Below, piece after piece: positions 34,758-43,976 of a DNA stretch of 64,000 nucleotides (position 1 is its first letter; each line of letters begins with the position of its first letter). The notes beneath the pieces are model-generated. The model was not told the origin of the DNA. It ran no database searches and was given only the letters and a program-made list of their open reading frames with translations. Where the stretch lies: the sequence record MK268344.1; one strand, 5' to 3'. The translations under genes and the position numbers were made by a program.

Positions 34758-34781
34758 ATATTAAGAAACGAGGGAAATCAA

Positions 34782-35336
34782 ATGGCAGCGATCGAAAAAG
34801 TATGTGAATTCAGTGGCGAGTATCCGGGTGGTGAAATGTATGGTTTTAAACGCAACCATATTCAAATTATGCCAAAGCATCGTAAGAAGTTCCGTGGTCA
34901 TAAGGCAGTACTGTTTGTGTTCAAAAACAGACTAATTGTAGATCGTTCCTGGGGTTATGAAACTGCCAATCTTGATTGCATTAATCCAAATCCTTCTGAA
35001 GCCGATTGGGAAAGCGGTGCAGCAGATCGTAAAGTCACATACGAAAACGGCGAGAAACGCATTTACAGTGTGTTTTATTCAAACCTATCCGAGTACAAGG
35101 CAGCTTTGAAAAAACGTCACCAGCGGCTTCTCATGCAGTATGAGTACATCTTATATGTACCTGATATGCCCGGTGATGTTTCTGGTTGCTATACAAATCT
35201 AAGTACTGATATGTCATCCGTGATTCGCCGCTTGCGTCGTATGGTTGGTGCACGTAATTTAACAGTGAAGTACAAAGAAGGTGATTGCTGGGATTTCATG
35301 AATGAAAATTTAATTCCAGAACCACATAAGTATTGA
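34782..35336 (+). CDS. hypothetical protein
   Basis: GAGGG RBS. Confidence 0.75.
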   Translation: MAAIEKVCEFSGEYPGGEMYGFKRNHIQIMPKHRKKFRGHKAVLFVFKNRLIVDRSWGYETANLDCINPNPSEADWESGAADRKVTYENGEKRIYSVFYSNLSEYKAALKKRHQRLLMQYEYILYVPDMPGDVSGCYTNLSTDMSSVIRRLRRMVGARNLTVKYKEGDCWDFMNENLIPEPHKY

Positions 35337-35368
35337 CACCATTCGGGAGTATGTTATATAATACTCCC
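35333..35368 (+). promoter_or_regulatory. promoter with GGGAGTAT/ATACTCCC palindrome over -10
   Basis: TTGACA...GGGAGTAT-GTTATATA-ATACTCCC. Confidence 0.7.
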
Positions 35369-35391
35369 ATATTAAGAAAACAGGAGCTACG

Positions 35392-35550
35392 ATGGAAAAT
35401 ATTTACGTTAATGCATTTACTGGTTTAGTTCGTAAGTTCGTTGGTGGTAAAGGTTTCAATTTACAAGATGATGGAACATGGGTTAAAACCGGTATATCTG
35501 AGAAATTGATTAAAAATCTTCCTTACTATAAGTTACAGGAAAACAAATAA
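35392..35550 (+). CDS. hypothetical 52-aa protein (not in ORF track)
   Basis: AGGAG RBS; MENIYVNAFTGLVRKF...KLQENK. Confidence 0.65.
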   Translation: MENIYVNAFTGLVRKFVGGKGFNLQDDGTWVKTGISEKLIKNLPYYKLQENK

Positions 35551-35840
35551 TGAAAGTAGATATCCATTATACTAGTTTTAATATGCGTAAAGATACTGAA
35601 AGTATTGTGGCTACTTCTGGGGCAATTGCATTTTTTAATGATCACGACATTCCTTATGTTCTTGAAGAACATGATAGGTTCGGCGGCGGCAAGAAAGAAA
35701 TGATAACTTGGCATGAAAGTGCAACACCAATCGAACTTGTTGATTTCTCTATTGATGTTATGCATGAATACGCTCAACGCTATAATCTCATTTTCCAGAT
35801 TGGTAAAGAAACCGTAGTTATTAAATTCGATGAAAAATAA
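35550..35840 (+). CDS. hypothetical protein
   Basis: TAATG coupling. Confidence 0.7.
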   Translation: MKVDIHYTSFNMRKDTESIVATSGAIAFFNDHDIPYVLEEHDRFGGGKKEMITWHESATPIELVDFSIDVMHEYAQRYNLIFQIGKETVVIKFDEK

Positions 35841-35849
35841 GGAATTCTT

Positions 35850-36497
35850 ATGTTAAAAGATCCTAACTTTGAACCAATGGATTTATTTTTTAAGAATAAA
35901 GATCACGGTTTGTATTTCTCTTACATTATGGTTAAGAGTCCTATTGATGGACGTATTATCCCTGCCATGAGTGGATACACTGATCCTTCTCATGAACGCT
36001 GGGAAGGTGAAAAGAAATCTATTAAGGTATTTTTAACAGCACGTCATGCACCGGGAATCTATTTGGGTTTTCCAATGGAAGACATGCTCGCATTGAGTCC
36101 AACCCGCCATATTGAAAGCGTTGGAAATTTCGACTTGAGTACTGGTATGTACTATACATATGAAGAAATGAAAGAACAATTCAATCGTGGTTATCATTTG
36201 CAGAATGAACCATTAAGTACTGGAAAACCAGCAGCACATATGAATTCAATAGCCAATCCATATGGGTTAGCTGATAACATCTCTCAAGTACTAAAATATT
36301 ATCGGAAGGTTGTGACTAATCCTGATGTTAACGTAGTCCTGCATGTACAGCAGTATGATAAGACTAAAAATACAGTGGGTAAGCGTTGGCATAAATCCGG
36401 TAAGTATATCGGTAATCATAAGCCAAAGCATGAATATATTAATGATGAAGAAGGGTTTGATCGCTTTATTTCTTACCATTTCTATGTTATAGAGTAG
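35850..36497 (+). CDS. conserved-looking phage protein (RWHKxGxYIG motif)
   Basis: YGLADN...GKRWHKSGKYIG...YHFY. Confidence 0.75.
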   Translation: MLKDPNFEPMDLFFKNKDHGLYFSYIMVKSPIDGRIIPAMSGYTDPSHERWEGEKKSIKVFLTARHAPGIYLGFPMEDMLALSPTRHIESVGNFDLSTGMYYTYEEMKEQFNRGYHLQNEPLSTGKPAAHMNSIANPYGLADNISQVLKYYRKVVTNPDVNVVLHVQQYDKTKNTVGKRWHKSGKYIGNHKPKHEYINDEEGFDRFISYHFYVIE

Positions 36498-36707
36498 GTG
36501 TGTATGGGTAAATTTCTAGTAATTGGATTTATAATAGGATTTCTAGTAATATTATGTATTTTTGGGGCTGCCTTTATGATTACATATTGGGATTCATTGT
36601 ATCCTGAATGGGATCGCATTGGAACAGATGAAATCGCGATCACCTGTTTAATATCATCATTTGGTGGTCTAATCGGTATGTTTATAACTATGTGGATAAT
36701 TGATTAA
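36498..36707 (+). CDS. small membrane protein (2 TM)
   Basis: Hydrophobic segments. Confidence 0.65.
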   Translation: MCMGKFLVIGFIIGFLVILCIFGAAFMITYWDSLYPEWDRIGTDEIAITCLISSFGGLIGMFITMWIID

Positions 36708-37087
36708 TGCATAAAATAATTATTGCAGTACTTCTAATGTTTGGTGTATCATATTCAGCATTAGCTGAAAAGATTCTTTGTGTTGATGTGAAGCATAAAG
36801 CTCACGTCATTGAATTTGTCACCGATAGTATTGACTTTGTGTATCTAGATGGTGTAGAATATCAACGTCAGTCACATATGGCAAAAATAAGTACTGAGTA
36901 CTTTACGAGTGATAAGAAAATGTTAACATTTTTCTTTGATCCAAATCCAGAAAATCGTGATTGGTTTAATATTTTGTTAACATCAATCCCAAAGAAAAAT
37001 GAAAAAGTACTTGAAGATTTCTTCGCATTGTGCGATAATGTCAACCTTCTCGAAGAAGATCAACAACCTCAACTCGTTAAACAATAA
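36707..37087 (+). CDS. secreted/periplasmic protein
   Basis: Signal peptide MHKIIIAVLLMFGVSYSALA. Confidence 0.7.
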   Translation: MHKIIIAVLLMFGVSYSALAEKILCVDVKHKAHVIEFVTDSIDFVYLDGVEYQRQSHMAKISTEYFTSDKKMLTFFFDPNPENRDWFNILLTSIPKKNEKVLEDFFALCDNVNLLEEDQQPQLVKQ

Positions 37088-37096
37088 GGAAACTAC

Positions 37097-37429
37097 ATGT
37101 TTATTCTATCTCTAGGTTATATCATTTTTGTCGCTACTATGATTATTTCTATCTTCCGTGTTCACGTTAATAAAGAAGATTTTGATGTAATTGGCTCTTA
37201 TTTCAATAATACCCCAGAACACAGTAAATTTGCAAAATATGTATATTACTGTCTTTATGCTTGGGCGATTGCTTGGGTACTATCTCTTATTCTACCAGTA
37301 CTTACTATCGTATGTATGGTAATTAATCTAGTACTTTACATTGTAGCTTGGATTTGGATTTACGAATGTTATAAAGATGGTCACATGGTACGTTGGTTCA
37401 ACGACATTAAAGCTAAATTAAATCCATAA
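37097..37429 (+). CDS. membrane protein (3 TM)
   Basis: AAGGA RBS, hydrophobic segments. Confidence 0.7.
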   Translation: MFILSLGYIIFVATMIISIFRVHVNKEDFDVIGSYFNNTPEHSKFAKYVYYCLYAWAIAWVLSLILPVLTIVCMVINLVLYIVAWIWIYECYKDGHMVRWFNDIKAKLNP

Positions 37430-37435
37430 GTTGAA

Positions 37436-37472
37436 AAAAGGGTTGACGAAAGTCAGCCCTTTTTGCTATAAT
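37436..37472 (+). promoter_or_regulatory. fused terminator/promoter element
   Basis: AAAAGGGTTGAC-GAAA-GTCAGCCCTTTTT; TTGACG-18-TATAAT. Confidence 0.8.
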
Positions 37473-37498
37473 AATTTCATCAACTAAAGGAGAACCAT

Positions 37499-37921
37499 AT
37501 GCCTCGTGCTTCATTTAAAGTAACTGAATGCGATGTAAATCTTATTAAGCGTGATATGTTTGAAACAAAGAAATCCTATGAATATTTTCTCATTGGTTTC
37601 CACGCAGCACGTGAATTGCAGATGTTGAAAGATTCTGGAAATATTATCATGGATTCTGGAACACCACTTGAATCTAATTGTGATTTTTATATTGCATTTG
37701 ACCAGTGGAAAGATGAACTATCAATGCCTCGGCTTGGGCCATCTGAAGATGGTAAGAGTATGACTATGTGGCTTGGTGCAACAATGGGTAACATTCCTAA
37801 TACCACTTTTGTATATAAACGCGAATTGAAAGATGCGTTTGGTAAGATCACATATGTAGTACCAACAAATCAAAAAAAATTTGAAGTAAAAGAGTTGACT
37901 GACTACAATTCTATGGTATAA
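37499..37921 (+). CDS. hypothetical protein
   Basis: AAGGAG RBS. Confidence 0.75.
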   Translation: MPRASFKVTECDVNLIKRDMFETKKSYEYFLIGFHAARELQMLKDSGNIIMDSGTPLESNCDFYIAFDQWKDELSMPRLGPSEDGKSMTMWLGATMGNIPNTTFVYKRELKDAFGKITYVVPTNQKKFEVKELTDYNSMV

Positions 37922-37951
37922 TAGTAGTACTTAATTGGCGAGGACTCTAAA

Positions 37952-38182
37952 ATGTTCGATGAAGATATGCCGGAATTACCACCAGTACTAGAAGAAACGC
38001 TTGAAGAAATCAATAAAATGGGTAAGAAAGAACTACGTGAGTTTGCCCGTAGTATTCTTTTAAACTTAGTAGATCTTCAAGAAAAGCATTTAGAACTTCA
38101 ACGTCGTTACAATCGTAATAGTGCAGACTATCTTTCACGTTGCACAAGTTCTGGTGGTATTACTATCCCTCCACGTTTTTAA
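37952..38182 (+). CDS. hypothetical protein
   Basis: GAGGA RBS; TTGACT-16-TATAAT promoter at 37895-37922. Confidence 0.7.
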   Translation: MFDEDMPELPPVLEETLEEINKMGKKELREFARSILLNLVDLQEKHLELQRRYNRNSADYLSRCTSSGGITIPPRF

Positions 38183-38192
38183 GGAGTTGTAT

Positions 38193-38522
38193 ATGGTTAT
38201 TGTACTTAATTCTATTTCTCAAATACTTTGGTTTTTTGCTTCGGTATTCGGATTAGTTTCTTTAATCCTTATGTTCTTTAAAAAGAAATCATGGCTAAGA
38301 CGTATTAATATGGACGAATGGGATTCACCTTTGTTAGCGTGGGTTTCATTTATTGGTGGTATGTTCATTTTTGGTATGCATTTAGTGAGGGATGAAAGTG
38401 GTGTTTCATTGAATGGTTTTAGTGTAGGTTTTATGATTTCAATAATGCTTATTGGGTTTTGTTTAGTAGCGTTTTTATTTTCATTAATCTCAGATTGGCG
38501 TAAAAATATACCGGAGTCCTAA
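38193..38522 (+). CDS. membrane protein (3 TM)
   Basis: AAGGAG RBS before ATG 38193. Confidence 0.7.
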   Translation: MVIVLNSISQILWFFASVFGLVSLILMFFKKKSWLRRINMDEWDSPLLAWVSFIGGMFIFGMHLVRDESGVSLNGFSVGFMISIMLIGFCLVAFLFSLISDWRKNIPES

Positions 38523-38855
38523 ATGAAACTAGCATTGCAAAATATTTTACTACTAATTATCACTGTAAGTATTGCATTTGGCTTTTATTATGTGTATAAT
38601 AATGCTATGCAAAAACGTTTGGAAAAGCCATACCATTGTTATCTGATTGTTAAACCGAAAAATGATTATGGAATAACTGAACGTTTCAATACAACCAGAA
38701 AAGAATTGAGTACTCTCACTGTTGGACATGTATATCATGGTTACACCATATCAAGTATCAATTCAACAATGAGTAAAAGTGTGTACACAATTCGCTACAA
38801 TCCAGATGATAATTCTGAACTAATTGAAGGTTCAGTGTCATGTTTTGAAGATTAG
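38523..38855 (+). CDS. hypothetical protein with N-terminal TM
   Basis: GGAG RBS. Confidence 0.7.
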   Translation: MKLALQNILLLIITVSIAFGFYYVYNNAMQKRLEKPYHCYLIVKPKNDYGITERFNTTRKELSTLTVGHVYHGYTISSINSTMSKSVYTIRYNPDDNSELIEGSVSCFED

Positions 38856-38863
38856 AGGTTTAA

Positions 38864-39181
38864 ATGAATTTCAGTACTACAACTAAGTCGGGTATGATTC
38901 AATACGCTAAAATCGACCCAACTAAAAACATCAACGTCTTAGAAGTCGAGCAGAATATTATTGAAAAATTTAATAAGAAATGGAAAAATAAAAATATTGA
39001 AGTTCAAAAATATTCTGAACATTTACCATTTGCTTTTGTAATTTCTGCTACAACAACATATAGTACGGTAACTGGTGTTAAAGAACAACATCCAGAATAT
39101 AGTGAGTTTGTTCTATGTGCTGGTTATCTCGATGGTTGTGCAGACAATTTTGGGTTGAAGTGTACACGTTCTGGATTGTAA
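38864..39181 (+). CDS. hypothetical protein
   Basis: GAGGT RBS. Confidence 0.7.
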   Translation: MNFSTTTKSGMIQYAKIDPTKNINVLEVEQNIIEKFNKKWKNKNIEVQKYSEHLPFAFVISATTTYSTVTGVKEQHPEYSEFVLCAGYLDGCADNFGLKCTRSGL

Positions 39182-39186
39182 TGAAA

Positions 39187-39222
39187 AAAGGGATTGACTT
39201 CGGTCATCCCTTTTAATATAAT
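39187..39222 (+). promoter_or_regulatory. fused terminator/promoter element (variant)
   Basis: AAAGGGATTGAC-TTCG-GTCATCCCTTTT; TTGACT-17-TATAAT. Confidence 0.75.
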
Positions 39223-39234
39223 AAAGGAAATAAT

Positions 39235-39438
39235 ATGAGAACTTGTCTAACATTTCTTATTATTTTTGTATTAAGTTGTACCTTTATGTATGGCATACCT
39301 ATATATAAAGAATGGAATGAACTTGGTAAGTATGTTGATAGTTTGGACACACTAAACAAGTTTGCTCCTATATTAATTTCTGCATGTATTGCAACTTTTT
39401 TAACATTAATGAATGAAATCTTTTTGGAGATTAATTAA
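39235..39438 (+). CDS. small membrane protein
   Basis: AAGGA RBS. Confidence 0.65.
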   Translation: MRTCLTFLIIFVLSCTFMYGIPIYKEWNELGKYVDSLDTLNKFAPILISACIATFLTLMNEIFLEIN

Positions 39439-39761
39439 TGACTATGAATCAATTAATATTTCTTGTAATTCTTACTATTGTTGCAGTTGGCTTATCCTCC
39501 AAATCACATGCTGATGAATTAGACGAACCAATTTGTAAAGTACGGGTATGTAATAAGATTGAACGCTTCTCTTTAGACTTATTTTCTCATGTGAAAGATT
39601 CAATGGGTGAAGTATGTGACACTATTATTATTCCACAATCACAATTAGGTCAAGGTGTAGGTCAAGTACTGAACTCTGAATCAAGATGGTATCAAGGTTC
39701 TAGTATTAATCCTACTAAGAAATCAGTTACTCGTATTCAAGAAATTATTCGTTGCAAATAA
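39438..39761 (+). CDS. secreted protein with paired Cys
   Basis: Signal-peptide-like N-terminus ending SKSHA; 4 Cys. Confidence 0.7.
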   Translation: MTMNQLIFLVILTIVAVGLSSKSHADELDEPICKVRVCNKIERFSLDLFSHVKDSMGEVCDTIIIPQSQLGQGVGQVLNSESRWYQGSSINPTKKSVTRIQEIIRCK

Positions 39762-39775
39762 TATGTGAGGAAAGT

Positions 39776-39982
39776 ATGATTAAAGAATTTCCAGATGGTG
39801 TAAGTGTTCGTGAACTAAAAGAACTAATCAAAGATTGGCCTGAAGTAAGAGAAAATGGCGAAGATACGATGGTGTACTTGGGTGATGGAAATGGCTACAG
39901 TAACCAAGCAATTGAGGTTAGTACTATCGATCAAGATGAACATGGAGTAAGTGATTTATTCATTGCTCATAATTCCAAATAA
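39776..39982 (+). CDS. hypothetical protein
   Basis: GAGGA RBS. Confidence 0.7.
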   Translation: MIKEFPDGVSVRELKELIKDWPEVRENGEDTMVYLGDGNGYSNQAIEVSTIDQDEHGVSDLFIAHNSK

Positions 39983-39987
39983 AACAA

Positions 39988-40194
39988 TTGGAGGAAGAAG
40001 TGACCAGTACTATTCATTCTACTTTAACATTTATTGTGTCACAAATAATCCTTGTTGGATTGATGATGATAGGGTATAATGTATATCAAAGTACAGGAAA
40101 GTTCTGGCACTTCTTAGCATTAGGAATGGTAGCCGTCTGTACTGCATTATTGTTTATTGAGTTGATGAACAGATACATTAAGGTGAAGCAATGA
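39988..40194 (+). CDS. small membrane protein (2 TM)
   Basis: Hydrophobic segments; start uncertain. Confidence 0.6.
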   Translation: MEEEVTSTIHSTLTFIVSQIILVGLMMIGYNVYQSTGKFWHFLALGMVAVCTALLFIELMNRYIKVKQ

Positions 40195-40832
40195 CTAAAC
40201 AAGAAATCTTTAAGCACATTATTACGATCCTACGTCCCGAAACCCTCCGTCGCCAAATGGAGTTTGATATTGTTCAAGCAGAACGTATCATCAAAGAGAA
40301 AGTACAAGAAGTTGGCCTGACCTTTGTTGGTATTGGGATGTATGCTGTAGTAGTCGAACATCCTAACTATCCTGAACGTGTATTCAAAGTAACTACTTCT
40401 CGCTGGGATGGTTATCGTGAGTATGCAAAGTACTGTATAGCTAACAAGGGTAAAAAGTTTCTACCTGTTATTCATAGTGCCAATGAGAAAGGAAACTTCG
40501 GATGGTATGAACTTGACAAGTACTACCCCATCATAAACCCTAACGGTGGCTATGAGGCGTTCGTTAGCATCTATGTAGAGGATATGTATGCTTATGCTCA
40601 TGCGGGTCAGTACAGCGATTCTGTTAAGGATTTAGAGGGTAGACCAGAAGCTATTGAGATTTATAAACGTGCAAAAGAGATTGCTGATTTATACAAAAAT
40701 AGCTTTACATTAGATATCCACACTGGTAATATAATGCTTAGTAAAGATGGTGAAGTAATTATTACTGATCCGCTAGCGGCTGATGTACGCAGGGAAATCC
40801 CTGTATCAGAAGCTGATCCCGAATTCGATTAG
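40191..40832 (+). CDS. Ser/Thr protein kinase, T7 gp0.7-like
   Basis: GIGMYAVV (Gly loop), VFKV, LDIHTGNIML catalytic loop, ITDPL metal-binding motif. Confidence 0.8.
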   Translation: MTKQEIFKHIITILRPETLRRQMEFDIVQAERIIKEKVQEVGLTFVGIGMYAVVVEHPNYPERVFKVTTSRWDGYREYAKYCIANKGKKFLPVIHSANEKGNFGWYELDKYYPIINPNGGYEAFVSIYVEDMYAYAHAGQYSDSVKDLEGRPEAIEIYKRAKEIADLYKNSFTLDIHTGNIMLSKDGEVIITDPLAADVRREIPVSEADPEFD

Positions 40833-40840
40833 GAGCTATT

Positions 40841-41011
40841 ATGAACTCAAATAACCTCATTCTGAAAGAAGCAATTCATACTCTGTGTGTTCTTCGTTGT
40901 CAAAATCTTCAGATGATTTATGAAGGAAACGATAACACTTCAAAAGAAAAAGAAATCGAAGCACAGGAGAAATTCATCAAAGAGTTTATTGATGAACATG
41001 TGCCTAACTAA
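40841..41011 (+). CDS. hypothetical 56-aa protein (not in ORF track)
   Basis: AGGAG RBS; MNSNNLILKEA...DEHVPN. Confidence 0.6.
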   Translation: MNSNNLILKEAIHTLCVLRCQNLQMIYEGNDNTSKEKEIEAQEKFIKEFIDEHVPN

Positions 41012-41021
41012 TGGTGAATGT

Positions 41022-41606
41022 ATGAGAAAAATAGTTCTTGCACTTGCATTAACACTATTCAGTACTACAGCTTTTAGTACTCAATACCAATGCAGTGTAT
41101 CAAGAAGTACAGGACAATTCACAAAAGGTATCATCACTGAACGTGGTGATACCGTATCCTTTACGACCTTTGACAATAAAGAAACTTATACGTCTGGTTC
41201 CTTATTCGAACTACAGACGAATAATATCATGCTAAAGCATAAAGCAAAGGATAACGTAGCTTTCTGTACTAACGTCATGACTACTGCTACTGAAGATAAC
41301 TTTGGTAATAAGTCTTTCATGTTCAAAAATACTGGTAGTGGTGAAAGTTTAACCTTCTATGATTGTGAAGAGTTTCAGCAACCAGAAGGAGAAGAGGAAG
41401 AAGCATGTGATTTACCCCTCCCAGAACCATCTGTATGCCCCGCTACTGAGCCTAAAAAACTAGCTGATAAGCTAGATGGTAATGGTGACAAACCCCCTGA
41501 GAAGAAGTCTGGTAAGCCACATAAGCCTAAGAATCCATTCAACAAAGCTAACAAACCGAAGCCAAAATCAAAAATGCCAACACCAGATAATATGTGTCCT
41601 ACTTAA
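41022..41606 (+). CDS. secreted protein with Pro/Lys-rich C-terminal tail
   Basis: Signal peptide MRKIVLALALTLFSTTAFS; several Cys. Confidence 0.7.
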   Translation: MRKIVLALALTLFSTTAFSTQYQCSVSRSTGQFTKGIITERGDTVSFTTFDNKETYTSGSLFELQTNNIMLKHKAKDNVAFCTNVMTTATEDNFGNKSFMFKNTGSGESLTFYDCEEFQQPEGEEEEACDLPLPEPSVCPATEPKKLADKLDGNGDKPPEKKSGKPHKPKNPFNKANKPKPKSKMPTPDNMCPT

Positions 41607-41610
41607 AAAT

Positions 41611-41645
41611 AAAGGGTTGACTTAGGTCAGCCCTTTTGCTATTAT
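41611..41645 (+). promoter_or_regulatory. fused terminator/promoter element
   Basis: AAAGGGTTGAC-TTAG-GTCAGCCCTTTT; TTGACT-17-TATTAT. Confidence 0.8.
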
Positions 41646-41674
41646 ATATGCATACCAACAAAGAGGCTTACGTG

Positions 41675-41845
41675 ATGAAAATCGAACTAACTACTCATGA
41701 TAAAAAACCAGCATTCAAAATTCTTACTGGTTATCGTGCTGGTAACTACATTGAAAGTAAGGAAGGTTGGGTTCAACACTTTCAAAGTACTGAATCAGCT
41801 ATCAAATGGGCTGAAGAAATTGGTTATGAAATAATTATTAAGTGA
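41675..41845 (+). CDS. hypothetical protein
   Basis: GAGG RBS. Confidence 0.65.
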   Translation: MKIELTTHDKKPAFKILTGYRAGNYIESKEGWVQHFQSTESAIKWAEEIGYEIIIK

Positions 41846-41852
41846 GGATAAT

Positions 41853-42080
41853 ATGAAAATTGCATACGTAGGTATCCATAAGTTTATTACACGTAATGAA
41901 CGTCTGTACTTTATTTGTGAGCGTACAAAAGACGCTGCTGTACAGGCTGAATGGGCTGATGATGTACTGAAACGTACTAACGTACAGTTTGATAATGGTC
42001 GTTGGTCACATGAAGCTGCGGGAGAAATCCTTGAGAAAGCGGAAGATGTACTTTCGAACTATCTTGTTGTTACTGCATAA
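41853..42080 (+). CDS. hypothetical protein
   Basis: GAGGA RBS. Confidence 0.7.
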   Translation: MKIAYVGIHKFITRNERLYFICERTKDAAVQAEWADDVLKRTNVQFDNGRWSHEAAGEILEKAEDVLSNYLVVTA

Positions 42081-42091
42081 GGGGAAATATT

Positions 42092-42283
42092 ATGAAACTC
42101 AAACGTTATGACCGCAATCGTATCATGGATGCACTGTACCGCGAAGAAACTTCAATCAAAGCAGTGAAACAGCATTTTATTTTGGGATTCCGTATGCCAG
42201 CCCGTAAAGCAAAACAGACTGCCGTTGATCTTCTTAATGAAGGTATCGAGTACTGGAACTCTGACGTGATGGATGATATTTAA
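42092..42283 (+). CDS. hypothetical protein
   Basis: AAGGGG RBS. Confidence 0.7.
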   Translation: MKLKRYDRNRIMDALYREETSIKAVKQHFILGFRMPARKAKQTAVDLLNEGIEYWNSDVMDDI

Positions 42284-42450
42284 TGGGTGGATTTATATTC
42301 ACGATAGTTGTAACATGTATTGCTTGTGCAATATCTTACTACTATCTTCATATACATCCAGACGGGGTATATACCAAAAATAAAGATCCAGAACCAAAAG
42401 AAGATAATTATGATGTAAATAATTTTTGGAAGTAAGCATTTATATGCATA

Positions 42451-42485
42451 AAAGGGTTGACTTCGGTCAGCCCTTTTGATATTAT
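42451..42485 (+). promoter_or_regulatory. fused terminator/promoter element
   Basis: AAAGGGTTGAC-TTCG-GTCAGCCCTTTT; TTGACT-17-TATTAT. Confidence 0.8.
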
Positions 42486-42515
42486 ATATGCATACCAACG
42501 AAGGAGATTAAGTAA

Positions 42516-43283
42516 ATGACCCGCGAAGAGAAAGCAATCCAAATTGAGAAAAACTTCAATAGCATGATGGATGCATTGGAATGTCTTCTGTCTCCTGAGA
42601 GCACCGTAAACAGCATGATTGTTAGCGGTAAAGGCGGCGTCGGGAAAACATATAACATTGAGCAACGCCTTATGCAAGCTGACAGTAACCTTGAATGCAC
42701 ATACAAAAGCATTTCTGGTAAAATCACTACTATGGGTCTGTTCAAAGCTCTCTACGAATCACGTCACAGTACTGATGTGCTTCTGCTTGACGATGTTGAT
42801 GTATTCGCAAATGAAACAACCATCGATTTATTGAAAGCAGTACTTGATACTACTGATGTTCGTACTGTATCATACATCACAAGCTCAAAAGCATTAGCTG
42901 AAGCTGGAATCCCACAGCAATTTGACTTCCGTGGTAAAGTAATCTTTATCACTAACAAAAATTTAGCTCGTATGGCTAAAGCTGAGAATTCCTTGTCACC
43001 ACACGTTGATGCATTGCTTACTCGTAGTATCTTTATTGATCTTCAACTCTTCACTAACGAAGAAGTGATGATCCACGTAGAAAACCTTATGCGTAAGCAT
43101 AACATGCTTGTTAAGCATGGTATTAACAAACAAGGTTCTGATATGATCCTGAATTGGATGCTTAAACATGAATCTAAACTTCGTTCACCTTCATTGCGTA
43201 TGCCAGTACTAATCGCTGGTATGTACAATAAATTCCCATTTGATTGGGAAGAAAAATGTGAAAACATGTTCCTTGAAAAATAA
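42516..43283 (+). CDS. P-loop AAA+-type ATPase
   Basis: Walker A GKGGVGKT, Walker B LLLDDVD, sensor IFITN, DALLTRS arginine finger. Confidence 0.8.
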   Translation: MTREEKAIQIEKNFNSMMDALECLLSPESTVNSMIVSGKGGVGKTYNIEQRLMQADSNLECTYKSISGKITTMGLFKALYESRHSTDVLLLDDVDVFANETTIDLLKAVLDTTDVRTVSYITSSKALAEAGIPQQFDFRGKVIFITNKNLARMAKAENSLSPHVDALLTRSIFIDLQLFTNEEVMIHVENLMRKHNMLVKHGINKQGSDMILNWMLKHESKLRSPSLRMPVLIAGMYNKFPFDWEEKCENMFLEK

Positions 43284-43293
43284 TGGAGAATCC

Positions 43294-43611
43294 ATGATTA
43301 CTTTAAACGTTATTCTAGCTCTACTCGGTGCAGTATTTCTTGTTGTTGGTTGGTATTCAATTTGGAAAGAAACAGTATTCACTGACTTCTTTGAATTCTA
43401 TATTGAAAAAAATAACATTTGGGCTGTTGTTCTACAATCATTCAACCACTCTCTAATTCTAATTGGTTATGCTTGTGGTATTCTACGCGAAACAACTGGA
43501 GAAACATTACTTCTACTAGCATATCTAGTACTATCACTTGTATTAATGCTAGGTACAGCATTTTTCTTTGCACCCGGTCGTTTCAAGAAGTTAAAAGGTA
43601 AACAGAAATGA
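43294..43611 (+). CDS. membrane protein (3 TM)
   Basis: GGAG RBS before ATG 43294. Confidence 0.7.
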   Translation: MITLNVILALLGAVFLVVGWYSIWKETVFTDFFEFYIEKNNIWAVVLQSFNHSLILIGYACGILRETTGETLLLLAYLVLSLVLMLGTAFFFAPGRFKKLKGKQK

Positions 43612-43967
43612 ATTGGCACAACGTTAATATTGTGGTAAGCATTTACACTATACTAGTAGTGATGTTATCATTACTAGCGTTAGGTAAGTTCTTTTGTGTA
43701 AAAGTACTGTACGATTTATATGACCGCATTAATAATTATATTGACGAAACACTTCCCGGTATATTTTGTATAGGTCTAGTCATTGAAATAGCAACATTAG
43801 TATGTTATCATTATGAGTGGAAACCGGGATTGATGTTATTATTATTTGCTATTTCGATTATAACACTCATCGGTATTGTATTTTTAGTACTTGGATTATT
43901 TTTCATTACATCAAAGTTTTTATCTGATTATCATCGTAAACTTAAAGAACGTAAAAACATTTACTAG
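43608..43967 (+). CDS. membrane protein (3 TM)
   Basis: ATGA coupling. Confidence 0.7.
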   Translation: MNWHNVNIVVSIYTILVVMLSLLALGKFFCVKVLYDLYDRINNYIDETLPGIFCIGLVIEIATLVCYHYEWKPGLMLLLFAISIITLIGIVFLVLGLFFITSKFLSDYHRKLKERKNIY

Positions 43968-43976
43968 GAGATTATT

